A DNA stretch of 46,368 nucleotides from positions 1 through 46,368 of the forward strand of contig DATBTW010000417.1 in NCBI GenBank assembly GCA_036559055.1. The letters run 5' to 3'. The notes beneath the pieces are model-generated. The model was not told the DNA's origin, did no database searches, and saw nothing but the letters and a program-made list of their open reading frames with translations. Shown piece after piece: positions 1-7,791 of the stretch. Source of the DNA: Ktedonobacterales bacterium. Lineage in GTDB: Bacteria > Chloroflexota > Ktedonobacteria > Ktedonobacterales > JADMIN01. The first letter of the stretch is position 1, and every line of letters begins with the position of its first letter. The position numbers and the translations under genes are program-made.

Positions 1-277
1 GCCATAGGGCATGCCGCCCGCATAGAGATTATAAATCAGCGGAGCGTTGAGCAGCAGCGCGACGCGGCGGGGTCAGCGCCGATGGGGAGAGTAGAGCAGG
101 CCTGGGCAAACTGGCGCAATCTGTGCCGCCACTGGTACCACATTGAAATATCTGGCCCCAAGCATGCGTCTAGTGTGTATATGCGTGACCCAGTCGCACA
201 TGTGTGAGGAGCGAGCTTGCGCGGCTCGCTCCTCGTTTTTGTACGCGTTTGTATGCGATGGTGTGCGCCCACTGGCC

Positions 278-643
278 TCAGTCTTCGAGCCACTCGGTGA
301 TGAAGCGTTCGCTGACGTGGATGTCAACCTGTCGCAGCCGGCCAGGGCCGAGGTTGGCGAATTTGTGCGGCGTATTGGGCGGCACGACGATGATCTGCCC
401 GGCCTCCGCCTCCACCGTCGCCTCGCCGACCGTATAGCGCGCGCGCCCTTCCTGGATGATGAAGACCTCCTCATACGGATGCCGATGCAGGCGCGGCCCA
501 GCGCCAAGCTCCGTCACATCGACTGAGATGAAGGAGACGCGGGCGCCGCCATGCGCGAATCCCTGGAACTCGAAGTCGTCGCCTACCGCCCCAAGCGCAT
601 CACGATGGACGATGGTGTAATCCACGCTCATAGTCTCCTCCAT
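278..643 (-). CDS. cupin domain-containing protein
   Basis: 121-aa ORF with two His-containing cupin motifs (GPRLHRHPYEEVF and GQIIVVPPNTPHKF). Lies 33 bp downstream of the AhpD-like gene on the same strand. Confidence 0.75.
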   Translation of the reverse strand: MEETMSVDYTIVHRDALGAVGDDFEFQGFAHGGARVSFISVDVTELGAGPRLHRHPYEEVFIIQEGRARYTVGEATVEAEAGQIIVVPPNTPHKFANLGPGRLRQVDIHVSERFITEWLED

Positions 644-676
644 CTGGCACGGGCATCAGTCTGGCCGCTCGCGCCG

Positions 677-1141
677 CTAACTCGCGCGCACGGTGGGCCG
701 ATAGTGGCCTGGTACCGAGCGGAAGCTGATGGCGAAGCGGTTCCAGGCGTTGATGGCGGCGATGGCCAGCGTCAGGTTGGTCAGCTCCTCATCGGTGAAG
801 TGCGCGTGCGCCTGCTCGAAGATCTCATCGGGCACATGATCAACTGAGATCAACGTCAGCTTCTCCGTCCAGAGCAGCGCCGCGCGCTCGCGATCAGAGA
901 AGAATGGCGTCTCGCTCCAGACGGTGAGCGTGCTAAGGCGCTGCTCTGTCTCGCCATTGGCGCGCGCATCCAGATAGTGCATGTCCACGCAGTACGCACA
1001 GCCATTGATCTGCGAGGCGCGCAATTTCACCAGATTGATCAGTCCGGCCTCCAGCCCGCAGGTTTCGAGATAGTCTTCGAGCGCGCCCATCGCCTTCATC
1101 ACGCCGGGAGCCGCCTTGCCATAGTTTAGTCGCGCTTGCAC
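677..1141 (-). CDS. carboxymuconolactone decarboxylase / AhpD-like family protein
   Basis: 154-aa ORF carrying the family CxxC motif in the context QINGCAYCVDMH. GC3-rich. Confidence 0.8.
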   Translation of the reverse strand: MQARLNYGKAAPGVMKAMGALEDYLETCGLEAGLINLVKLRASQINGCAYCVDMHYLDARANGETEQRLSTLTVWSETPFFSDRERAALLWTEKLTLISVDHVPDEIFEQAHAHFTDEELTNLTLAIAAINAWNRFAISFRSVPGHYRPTVRAS

Positions 1142-1315
1142 GGTACGATTCTCCTTGTTTTACCTGGATTCAGTCGTGTCCAGATGGACTGCGCAGGCGC
1201 TGCGCCCTGACGCGCCGTCGCCTGTTGACTACTCCAAATAGCGTAACAACATGACGGTCTTGCGTGAAGAGCCAATCACACACGAAAAGAGAAAGCCAAT
1301 TTCAGCGCCTATGCG

Positions 1316-1348
1316 CTCTCACCTTCCCGTCTCCCAGAGTGAGAGGGC
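1316..1348. repeat. degenerate copy of the intergenic hairpin repeat family (reverse orientation)
   Basis: ctctcaccttCCCGTCTCccagagtGAGAGGGc resembles CCTCACCCC..CCCCTCTCC-loop-GGAGAGGGG. Sits just 3' of the stop of the PEP-mutase-like gene. Confidence 0.35.
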
Positions 1349-1353
1349 CGCGC

Positions 1354-2202
1354 CTACTCCCCGAACAGCTCCCCTAGCTCGGCGCTGGTGAGCGCATCGC
1401 GGGTCAGCGCGTCGTAGCCGCCGGTCGCCAGCAACTCACGCGCGATGGCACGGATGCGGCCCAGCGCCGCGCGCATCACGCCGCCCGCCAGGCTGGCACG
1501 CGCCACGCCAAGCTGCGCCAGCTCTGGCAGCGTGGGACTCTGCGCCCCACCCATGATGTTGATTGGCCCGGCGATAGCCGCGACCAGACGCCCAATTGTC
1601 TCGCCGTCGAGCCAGCCAATCGGATAGGCGCAGTCGGCGCCCGCGCGCAGGTAGGCGTTGGCGCGCTCCACAGCCTGCTCGAAGCGCTCCTCAGGCGCCC
1701 CCACGCCGCGCAGGAAGATATCCACCCGCGCATTGATGACGAATGGGATATCCATCTCGTGCGCCAGCGCGCGCAGGGCCGCGATCAGCTCGACCTGCGC
1801 AGGCGTCTCAGCCAGCTTGCTGGGCTGTCCCACCAGCGTATCCTCGATGTTGACGCCCACTACGCCGGTCGCGATCACCTCTCTGACCGATGCGACCCGC
1901 TCGGCGAGGCTGTCGCCATAGCCCGCCTCGAAATCGGCGCTGACGGGGCAGCTCACCACGCGGGTGATGCGCGCGATGGCGTCCAGCATCGTCTGGCGCG
2001 GCATGCGCTGGCCATCGGGGTAGCCCAGCGCGGCAGCCATGCCACTGCTGGTGGTGGCGATGGCTGGAAAGCCCGCCAGCTCGATCACGCGCGCGCTGGC
2101 GGCGTCCCACACATTCGGCAGGATCAGCATCGGCGCGCCTTGCCGACGATCATGCAGGCGCCGGAATCGCTCCGCCCGCTCGCGCTGCTCTGCGGCATCC
2201 AT
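1354..2202 (-). CDS. isocitrate lyase / PEP mutase superfamily protein
   Basis: 282-aa ORF. N-terminal LILPNVWDAASARVIELAGFPAIATTSSG and GVNIEDT are typical of the ICL/PEPM (carboxyvinyl-carboxyphosphonate phosphorylmutase-like) fold. Confidence 0.8.
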   Translation of the reverse strand: MDAAEQRERAERFRRLHDRRQGAPMLILPNVWDAASARVIELAGFPAIATTSSGMAAALGYPDGQRMPRQTMLDAIARITRVVSCPVSADFEAGYGDSLAERVASVREVIATGVVGVNIEDTLVGQPSKLAETPAQVELIAALRALAHEMDIPFVINARVDIFLRGVGAPEERFEQAVERANAYLRAGADCAYPIGWLDGETIGRLVAAIAGPINIMGGAQSPTLPELAQLGVARASLAGGVMRAALGRIRAIARELLATGGYDALTRDALTSAELGELFGE

Positions 2203-2405
2203 CGTATTCAGCCTCCTCGTGAGTCATCAATCGCACCCTGGCGCAGCCACATGACGAGCGTACAACCGCGCGTGGTCTGCCACAAGAGCCGATTGAAGAT
2301 GCGGGGATGGCGCCATTTTCTGCGGAGCGCGAGAGAACGGGCATGGCAGGGGCAAATGCCCCTCTCGTCAAGGGAGTCGGAGCGGGCAGCGGAACCAGCG
2401 CGCTA

Positions 2406-2414
2406 TGCTATACT
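2406..2414 (+). promoter_or_regulatory. extended -10 promoter element TGCTATACT
   Basis: TGnTATACT lies about 50 nt upstream of the ATG at 2465. This argues against the longer ORF-track start at 2405, which lies inside the element. Confidence 0.3.
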
Positions 2415-2464
2415 GCCCCAGCGAAACGAACTCAAAAGATCACAGTAGACGGGAGACGCATCGC

Positions 2465-3289
2465 ATGACGCAAGGCTTTCTCACGGTCAACGGCGCAAAA
2501 CTGTGGTATGAGGAGACCGGCTCTGGCCCGGCGGTGACACTGGTACACGCGGGCATCGCCGACCATCGCCAGTGGGACGATCAGGTTCCCGCGCTGGCGG
2601 CTCACTATCGTGTGATCCGCTACGACATGCGCGGATTCGGCCAGTCGGAGATTCACCCCGGCAAAGCCTCGATGTCGGAAGACATCGGCGGCGTGCTGGA
2701 TGCGCTGGGCGTGGATCGCTCGGCGCTGCTGGGCTGCTCGATGGGCGGCGCGGCGGTGATCGACTATACGGTGTCGCATCCAGAGCGGGTGGGCGCGCTC
2801 ATCACGTCCGGCGCGGGGTTGAGCGGCGCCCCCGAGCATGCGAATCCGCCGGAGCAGGATGCGCTCTTCGAGGAGGCCGACGCGGCGCAGAAGGCCGGAG
2901 ACGCGGATCGGCTGAATGAGCTGGAGTGGCGCATCTGGTGCCAGGGTTTCGCGCGCGACGCCGATCAGGTCAAGCCCTCCGTGCGCGAGCGCTTTCTGGC
3001 GATGAACACCAACAACAACAAGCGCTTCATGGCTGGCGAGTGGAAGGGTGTGGAGTTCACGCCGCTCGAGCCGCCCGCGATGGGACGGCTAAGCTCGCTG
3101 AAGACACCGACGCTGGTCATCATCGGCAGCGGCGATGAGGCGGCCACTCAGGCGATGGCCGACGACATCGCGAACGGCATCCCCGGCGCGCGCAAAGTGG
3201 TGATGCAGGGTCTGGGCCATGTGCCAAACATGGACGAACCAGAGGAGTTCAACCGCATCATCCTGGAGTTCCTGCGCCCGGTGTGGTGA
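2465..3289 (+). CDS. alpha/beta hydrolase
   Basis: Start moved to MTQGFLTVNGAKLWYEETGSGP (GGGAG Shine-Dalgarno upstream). HAGIAD, nucleophile elbow GCSMGG and C-terminal GLGHVPNMDEPEEF are the classic alpha/beta-hydrolase pattern. Confidence 0.8.
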   Translation: MTQGFLTVNGAKLWYEETGSGPAVTLVHAGIADHRQWDDQVPALAAHYRVIRYDMRGFGQSEIHPGKASMSEDIGGVLDALGVDRSALLGCSMGGAAVIDYTVSHPERVGALITSGAGLSGAPEHANPPEQDALFEEADAAQKAGDADRLNELEWRIWCQGFARDADQVKPSVRERFLAMNTNNNKRFMAGEWKGVEFTPLEPPAMGRLSSLKTPTLVIIGSGDEAATQAMADDIANGIPGARKVVMQGLGHVPNMDEPEEFNRIILEFLRPVW

Positions 3290-3295
3290 CGGCGA

Positions 3296-3335
3296 GAACC
3301 TCACCCCAACCCCCTCTCCCGCCCGGAGAAGGGGC
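3296..3335. repeat. intergenic hairpin repeat (reverse orientation)
   Basis: gaaCCTCACCCCAACCCCCTCTCCcgcccGGAGAAGGGG, 7 nt after the hydrolase stop codon. Confidence 0.6.
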
Positions 3336-3381
3336 TTTCGGGTAGTCTCTCAGCGGGCAGATCGCGAAGTAATTGACCACT

Positions 3382-3402
3382 CCCCACGGCTAAAGCCGGG
3401 GG
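3382..3402. repeat. short GC hairpin CCCCACGGCT-AA-AGCCGGGGG
   Basis: Inverted repeat seen directly. A structurally parallel hairpin occurs at 3608-3628 in the same intergenic region. Confidence 0.3.
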
Positions 3403-3607
3403 ATTCCTGGGCTGATCACTGCTCCCAAGGCAAGCCAGGAGAGTCTTACACGGTCATTGGGAGCTTGGTTGTCGCTCCCGCGCCACAGGCGTAGATTTCC
3501 GTAGGCCCTACGGTATGGAGGGAGTATAGCACTGAGATGGTAAGCATGCAATGGGCGGTAGTCCCAGGGGCGCGGTTGGCTTCGCCTGCGGGCGATGCGG
3601 CTTTCAT

Positions 3608-3628
3608 CCCCATGCCTCAAGGCAGGGG
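3608..3628. repeat. short GC hairpin CCCCATGCCT-CA-AGGCAGGGG
   Basis: Same architecture as 3382-3402 (CCCCA-YGSCT-MA-AGSCR-GGGG). Confidence 0.3.
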
Positions 3629-3667
3629 TCTTCAGCTGCGATTTTGATGAACAGGAGAAGCTGTCTG

Positions 3668-4684
3668 ATGTCCACACCTTCCGACGCAACCGCTGTCAGC
3701 GTGGAGTTCCCAGTGATCGAGAGCCACGCGCTGGCCGACAACCCGCTCCACGACCCCGTCACGCGCATGCTGCCAGTCATTCTGCCGCCGGGCTACAGCA
3801 GTTCGAGTCGCCGTTATCCAGTGATCGTCGGTCTGACTGGCTTCACCGGCCGGGGCCTGATGCTGCTCAACGACGATGCCTGGCAGCCCAATCTCACCCA
3901 GCGTCTCGAGCGTCTCTATGCCGCAGGCATGCCGCACGCGATCTTCGTGCTGCCGGACTGCTTCACGCGCTACGGCGGCAGCCAATACATCAACTCCAGC
4001 GCTACCGGCCAGTACGAGGACTACGTCATCGACGAGATCATCCCCTGGGTGGATGCGCACTACCGCACGATTGCGGATCCGGCGGGACGTGCGGTCTTTG
4101 GCAAATCCAGCGGCGGGTACGGCGCGATGATCTATGGCCTGCGCCACCCCGACGTGTTCGGCGCGATTGCCTGCCACAGCGGGGACATGGCCTTCGAGCT
4201 GTGCTATGCGCCTGACTTCCCCGACACCTGCCTGGCCTTCACTCGCGCGGGCGGTGTCGCGGCCTGGTGGGAGCAGTTCGCCGCCCAGGTCAAGAAGAAG
4301 CCGTCTGACTTCAAGGCGCTCAACATCCTGGCGATGGCGGCGTGCTACTCGTCTGATCCGGCTGAGCCGCTGGGCATCGCCTTCCCCATGGACTTCGCCA
4401 CCTGCGAGCGCAAGCCCGACGTATGGGCGCGCTGGCTGGCGTGGGATCCCATCGAGATGCTCGCCTCACACGCTTACCACCTGCGCCAACTCAAATTGCT
4501 CTACATGGACTGTGGCGCGCAAGATCAGTTCAACCTCCAATTCGGCGCACGCCAGATGTCCCACCGGCTGACCGCGCTGGGCATCGCACATGCGTACGAG
4601 GAGTTCGACGACAACCACAACAACATCCAGTATCGCTACGACGTGTCGCTGCCGAAGCTCACACACGCCCTGGCCAGCGAGTAG
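3668..4684 (+). CDS. esterase family protein (esterase D / enterochelin-esterase-like)
   Basis: Start moved to MSTPSDAT. GxSxG nucleophile in FGKSSGGYGA and a downstream CHSGD motif. About 338 aa. Confidence 0.7.
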   Translation: MSTPSDATAVSVEFPVIESHALADNPLHDPVTRMLPVILPPGYSSSSRRYPVIVGLTGFTGRGLMLLNDDAWQPNLTQRLERLYAAGMPHAIFVLPDCFTRYGGSQYINSSATGQYEDYVIDEIIPWVDAHYRTIADPAGRAVFGKSSGGYGAMIYGLRHPDVFGAIACHSGDMAFELCYAPDFPDTCLAFTRAGGVAAWWEQFAAQVKKKPSDFKALNILAMAACYSSDPAEPLGIAFPMDFATCERKPDVWARWLAWDPIEMLASHAYHLRQLKLLYMDCGAQDQFNLQFGARQMSHRLTALGIAHAYEEFDDNHNNIQYRYDVSLPKLTHALASE

Positions 4685-4701
4685 ACGCGACTTCCACACC
4701 C

Positions 4702-5460
4702 TCACCCACCCAGCGGGCGCTTCTGCGGGGCGCCGCCGGGGCGCGGATACTGCGGCGGGCAGGCGCGCTGCTGGCGGGCGACGAGCAGCGCGCGGCCATC
4801 CTCCGCCAGGCCGGGCGTGGTGATGGCGATGGGCGCCAGCAGCCGCGCGCCGAGCAGCGCCGCTGCCTGCCGACCCGCCGCTAGCTCCTCCGCCAGTTCG
4901 CCCTTCTTCGGCGCGATGATGACGCCCCCGACCCTGGCGAAGGGCGCGCAATATTCCAGCAGGGTAGGCAGCGCAGCCACCGCGCGCGCCGTCACCACAT
5001 CATAGCGCCCGCGATGCGCCGGGGTCTGCGCCAGTTCCTCGGCGCGGGCGTGCAGTGGACGCACGTTGGTCAGCCCCAGCGCCGCGATGGCCGCCTCCTG
5101 GAAGCGCGTCTTCTTGCCCGTCGCCTCCAACAGCGTCACGCGCCAGCGCGGGAAGGCGATGGCCAGCGGCAGCCCCGGAAAGCCCGCCCCGCTGCCGACA
5201 TCCAGCAGGCGCAGCGGGCGGGCGTGGCGCTCGCCAGAGAGCGCCAGCACGCAGGTCAGCGCATCGAGAAAATGCCGCGTGACGACCTCGGCGGGCTCGG
5301 TGATGGCCGTCAGGTTGACGCGCGTATTCCAGTCCAGCAGCAGATCACGCAGCAGGATGAACTGCGCGCGCTGGGCGGCGTCCAGCGACAGGCCGAGCGC
5401 CGCCGCGCCCTCCAGCAGCGGCGCCAGCCCATCGTCGCCCTCCGTCATCGCGTCCGACAT
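4702..5460 (-). CDS. rsmG: 16S rRNA (guanine527-N7)-methyltransferase RsmG
   Basis: 252 aa. LLDWNTRVNLTAI, FLDALT, the SAM motif LLDVGSGAGFPGLPLAIAFP and LLEATGKKTRF are typical GidB/RsmG signatures. Its ATG lies 2 nt after the VWA gene stop. Confidence 0.85.
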   Translation of the reverse strand: MSDAMTEGDDGLAPLLEGAAALGLSLDAAQRAQFILLRDLLLDWNTRVNLTAITEPAEVVTRHFLDALTCVLALSGERHARPLRLLDVGSGAGFPGLPLAIAFPRWRVTLLEATGKKTRFQEAAIAALGLTNVRPLHARAEELAQTPAHRGRYDVVTARAVAALPTLLEYCAPFARVGGVIIAPKKGELAEELAAGRQAAALLGARLLAPIAITTPGLAEDGRALLVARQQRACPPQYPRPGGAPQKRPLGG

Positions 5461-5462
5461 GC

Positions 5463-7706
5463 TCAGCGCACACGCTTCTGCTTGTTGCTGAGGTAGTCGA
5501 TCATCACATACTCGGCCAGCGAATCGGGATTGGTGTAGAAGGCGCGCCCGCGATTGACGGTGGCCATCTGGTTGACGAAGTGCTTCAGGTGCGGATCATC
5601 CCACAGCATGAAGACGTTGACGGTGATGCCCTCGCGGGCGCAGCGGCGCACCTCGCGCAGTGTCTGCGCGATGGCCTCAGGCGGCGGCGGCCAGTCGAAC
5701 TGCCAGTGGTCGCCCTCCTGATAGACCGTCGGGCCGCCATCGGTAATCATGATGATCTGCTTGTTGGCCCCGCGCGATTGCGCCAGCAGCTTGCGCGCGA
5801 CCATCAGCCCATGCACCATGTTGGTGCCCTGCACATGGTCCCATTCGCCTACGTCGATCAGCTCTTCGGGCTTGTACTCGCGCGCGTAGTTCGAGAAACC
5901 GACCAGATGCAGCGTGTCGCGCGGGAACTGACCCCGAATCAGGCTCTCCAGCGCGATAGCGACTTTCTTTGCGGGCGCCCAGAGGTCGTTTTGCAGCATG
6001 CTCCAGCTCATGTCGAGCATCACCACGGTAGCCGAGCGCGTCATGTGCTCGGTGTTGTAGACCTCGAAGTCGTCTTTATCGAGATGCACCGGCGCGCCCG
6101 AACCCTCGCGGTTGATGGCGTTCATGATAGTGCGCTCCAGATGCAGCTCGAAGGGGTCGCCAAAGACGTAGAGCTTCGTCTCCTCGTCGCGCTCGCCGCC
6201 GTAGCCGCGCTCAGGCAGACGGTGACGGCCAAAGGCGTCCTTCTTCAACTGCGCGAACACATCTTGCAGCGCCTTCTGCCCGATGCGCCGGATGCCGCGC
6301 GCCGTCAGCTCCAGCCGGTCGCCATTGCGCCGCACCATGCCCTCGTTTTCGAGCTGCTTGAGCAACGCCTGAAGCTGTTCGAGCGCCTGCGCCTCCTCGT
6401 CGCCGACCAGATCGCGCAGGTGCTCTGGATCGAGGCTGTCGAGGTCGCCGTTGCGGCGCGCCTCGCGCAATTGCTGCTCCAGTGTGTCCATCTCTTGCAG
6501 CGTGCCCATCAGTGACATCGCCTCGGTGAGGGTGATGGGCTGGTCGCCGGTCAGATCGAAGCGCGTGCGTCGCCCGGATGGCGACATCGCCTCCAGATTC
6601 ATCGCCAGCTCGGCCAGATCGACCCGCAGCCGATCATCGCCGACCAGCTCATCGACCATGCCGCGCAACTGCTCGCGCTGCTCGTCGCTCATGCTGTCCA
6701 TCAGCGCCTGCATCTGGGCCTGGCGCTGCTGCATCTGCTCGATCAGGTCATCCAGGTTGTTGATGCCAGGACCGAAGAAGTCGCCGTACTGCTGCATGAA
6801 ACTGTCGAAATCCGGCTCCTCGCCCTGGGTGCGCTGCTGGAGCATCTTGTTCAGCGCACGCACCATCTCACGCAGCCGCGTCAGGTCTTCGGGCGACATG
6901 TTCTGGAGCGCCTGGGTCATCCCCTGGAAGTATTGCTGCATCACCTGCTGCTGGAGCATTTCCAGCAACTCCTGAAACTCCTGGCGTGCCTGCTCATCCA
7001 TGAAGTCGTAGTCGGAGAGTTGGCGAATCTGGCCGCCGACATCGTCGGGCAGCTCATCGAGATAGTGCAGCTTGCGATTGGCGATGCTCTCCAGCATGCG
7101 GCGCAGTTCATCCTGGCTCAGGCTGCCATCCTCACTCGCCTCGCCTGGCTGCCCCGACTGACCGGGCTGCCCTTGCTGCCCCGACTGACCTTGCTGACCG
7201 CGCTGACCGCGCTGACCGCGCTGGCCACTCTGCGCCCCGGCCTGCGACTGGCTTCGCTGGCCCTCCTGCCCCTGCTCTGCGGCGTCGCTGGGCTGACCCT
7301 GCTCTCCCTGGTCGTCGCCGGGCTGACCCTGCTCGCCGCTCTGCCGCTGGTCGCCTAGCTGCTCATCCATGCGCCGCTGGATGCCCCCGCGCTCCAATTC
7401 TTTGATATGTTCCAGCTTCTCTTTGATGTCGTCCATCACGCCGGAGAGGTTGTAGCGCTGCATCTGCTGCTGGCGACGCCGTTGCAGGCGTTCCATCAGG
7501 TCGCGCATGCCCATGCGCGGCATGCCGTCGCGCCCGGTGAACCCCTCGCGCATCATGCGCTCCAGCGCACGGCGCAGATCGCCATGCTTGAGGTAATCAT
7601 CGGAGAGCGCGTCGAGGATGTCCTCGGCGTCGAGATCGTCGAGTCGCTGTGTGCCATCCCAGCGCGAATAGCTGAATGGCTTGCTCAATTTGAACCGATC
7701 GAACAT
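5463..7706 (-). CDS. VWA domain-containing protein (ChlD/CoxE-like partner of the upstream AAA+ ATPase)
   Basis: 747 aa. C-terminal VWA domain with an intact MIDAS DxSxS (VVMLDMSWSM). Long helical Q/E-rich middle region and a Gly/Gln low-complexity linker. Confidence 0.8.
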   Translation of the reverse strand: MFDRFKLSKPFSYSRWDGTQRLDDLDAEDILDALSDDYLKHGDLRRALERMMREGFTGRDGMPRMGMRDLMERLQRRRQQQMQRYNLSGVMDDIKEKLEHIKELERGGIQRRMDEQLGDQRQSGEQGQPGDDQGEQGQPSDAAEQGQEGQRSQSQAGAQSGQRGQRGQRGQQGQSGQQGQPGQSGQPGEASEDGSLSQDELRRMLESIANRKLHYLDELPDDVGGQIRQLSDYDFMDEQARQEFQELLEMLQQQVMQQYFQGMTQALQNMSPEDLTRLREMVRALNKMLQQRTQGEEPDFDSFMQQYGDFFGPGINNLDDLIEQMQQRQAQMQALMDSMSDEQREQLRGMVDELVGDDRLRVDLAELAMNLEAMSPSGRRTRFDLTGDQPITLTEAMSLMGTLQEMDTLEQQLREARRNGDLDSLDPEHLRDLVGDEEAQALEQLQALLKQLENEGMVRRNGDRLELTARGIRRIGQKALQDVFAQLKKDAFGRHRLPERGYGGERDEETKLYVFGDPFELHLERTIMNAINREGSGAPVHLDKDDFEVYNTEHMTRSATVVMLDMSWSMLQNDLWAPAKKVAIALESLIRGQFPRDTLHLVGFSNYAREYKPEELIDVGEWDHVQGTNMVHGLMVARKLLAQSRGANKQIIMITDGGPTVYQEGDHWQFDWPPPPEAIAQTLREVRRCAREGITVNVFMLWDDPHLKHFVNQMATVNRGRAFYTNPDSLAEYVMIDYLSNKQKRVR
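7194..7220. repeat. perfect 3 x 9-bp tandem repeat (ctgaccgcg) inside the VWA gene
   Basis: Encodes (QRG)3 on the minus strand. It is flanked by a 16-nt duplicate gctgccccgactgacc at 7148-7163 and 7175-7190. Confidence 0.85.
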
Positions 7707-7752
7707 AGAACGCCTCTATTCTGCGCGACCTCGCCCCCTGGCCCCTCCGAAC

Positions 7753-7791
7753 TCCCCTCTCCTGGCGGGAGAGGGGCTGGGGGTGAGGTTC
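7753..7791. repeat. intergenic hairpin repeat (forward orientation)
   Basis: tCCCCTCTCCtggcgGGAGAGGGGCTGGGGGTGAGGttc lies between the ATPase stop (7791-7793) and the VWA start (7706). Confidence 0.65.

Noticed and set aside
1-277. Possible edge genes: an open plus frame at 1-206, and a minus-strand ATG at 12-10 preceded by TATAAT (33-28)
   Set aside because: The plus frame uses several ATA/ATT codons and has no motif. The minus-strand candidate shows only four codons before the window edge. Neither can be supported from this window.
3336-3667. Housekeeping ncRNA (RNase P, SRP/4.5S, tmRNA or 6S) in the long spacer
   Set aside because: The hallmark strings I can recall are absent (the RNase P GAGGAAAGTCC region, the SRP domain IV GGAA/AGCA symmetric loop context, a tmRNA tRNA-like end). 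It is left as an unexplained spacer.
7140-7360. Short-period repeats that might suggest a CRISPR array or minisatellite
   Set aside because: The units are 9-27 bp, contiguous and in-frame inside a long coding sequence (the Gly/Gln linker of the VWA protein). There is no repeat-spacer architecture.
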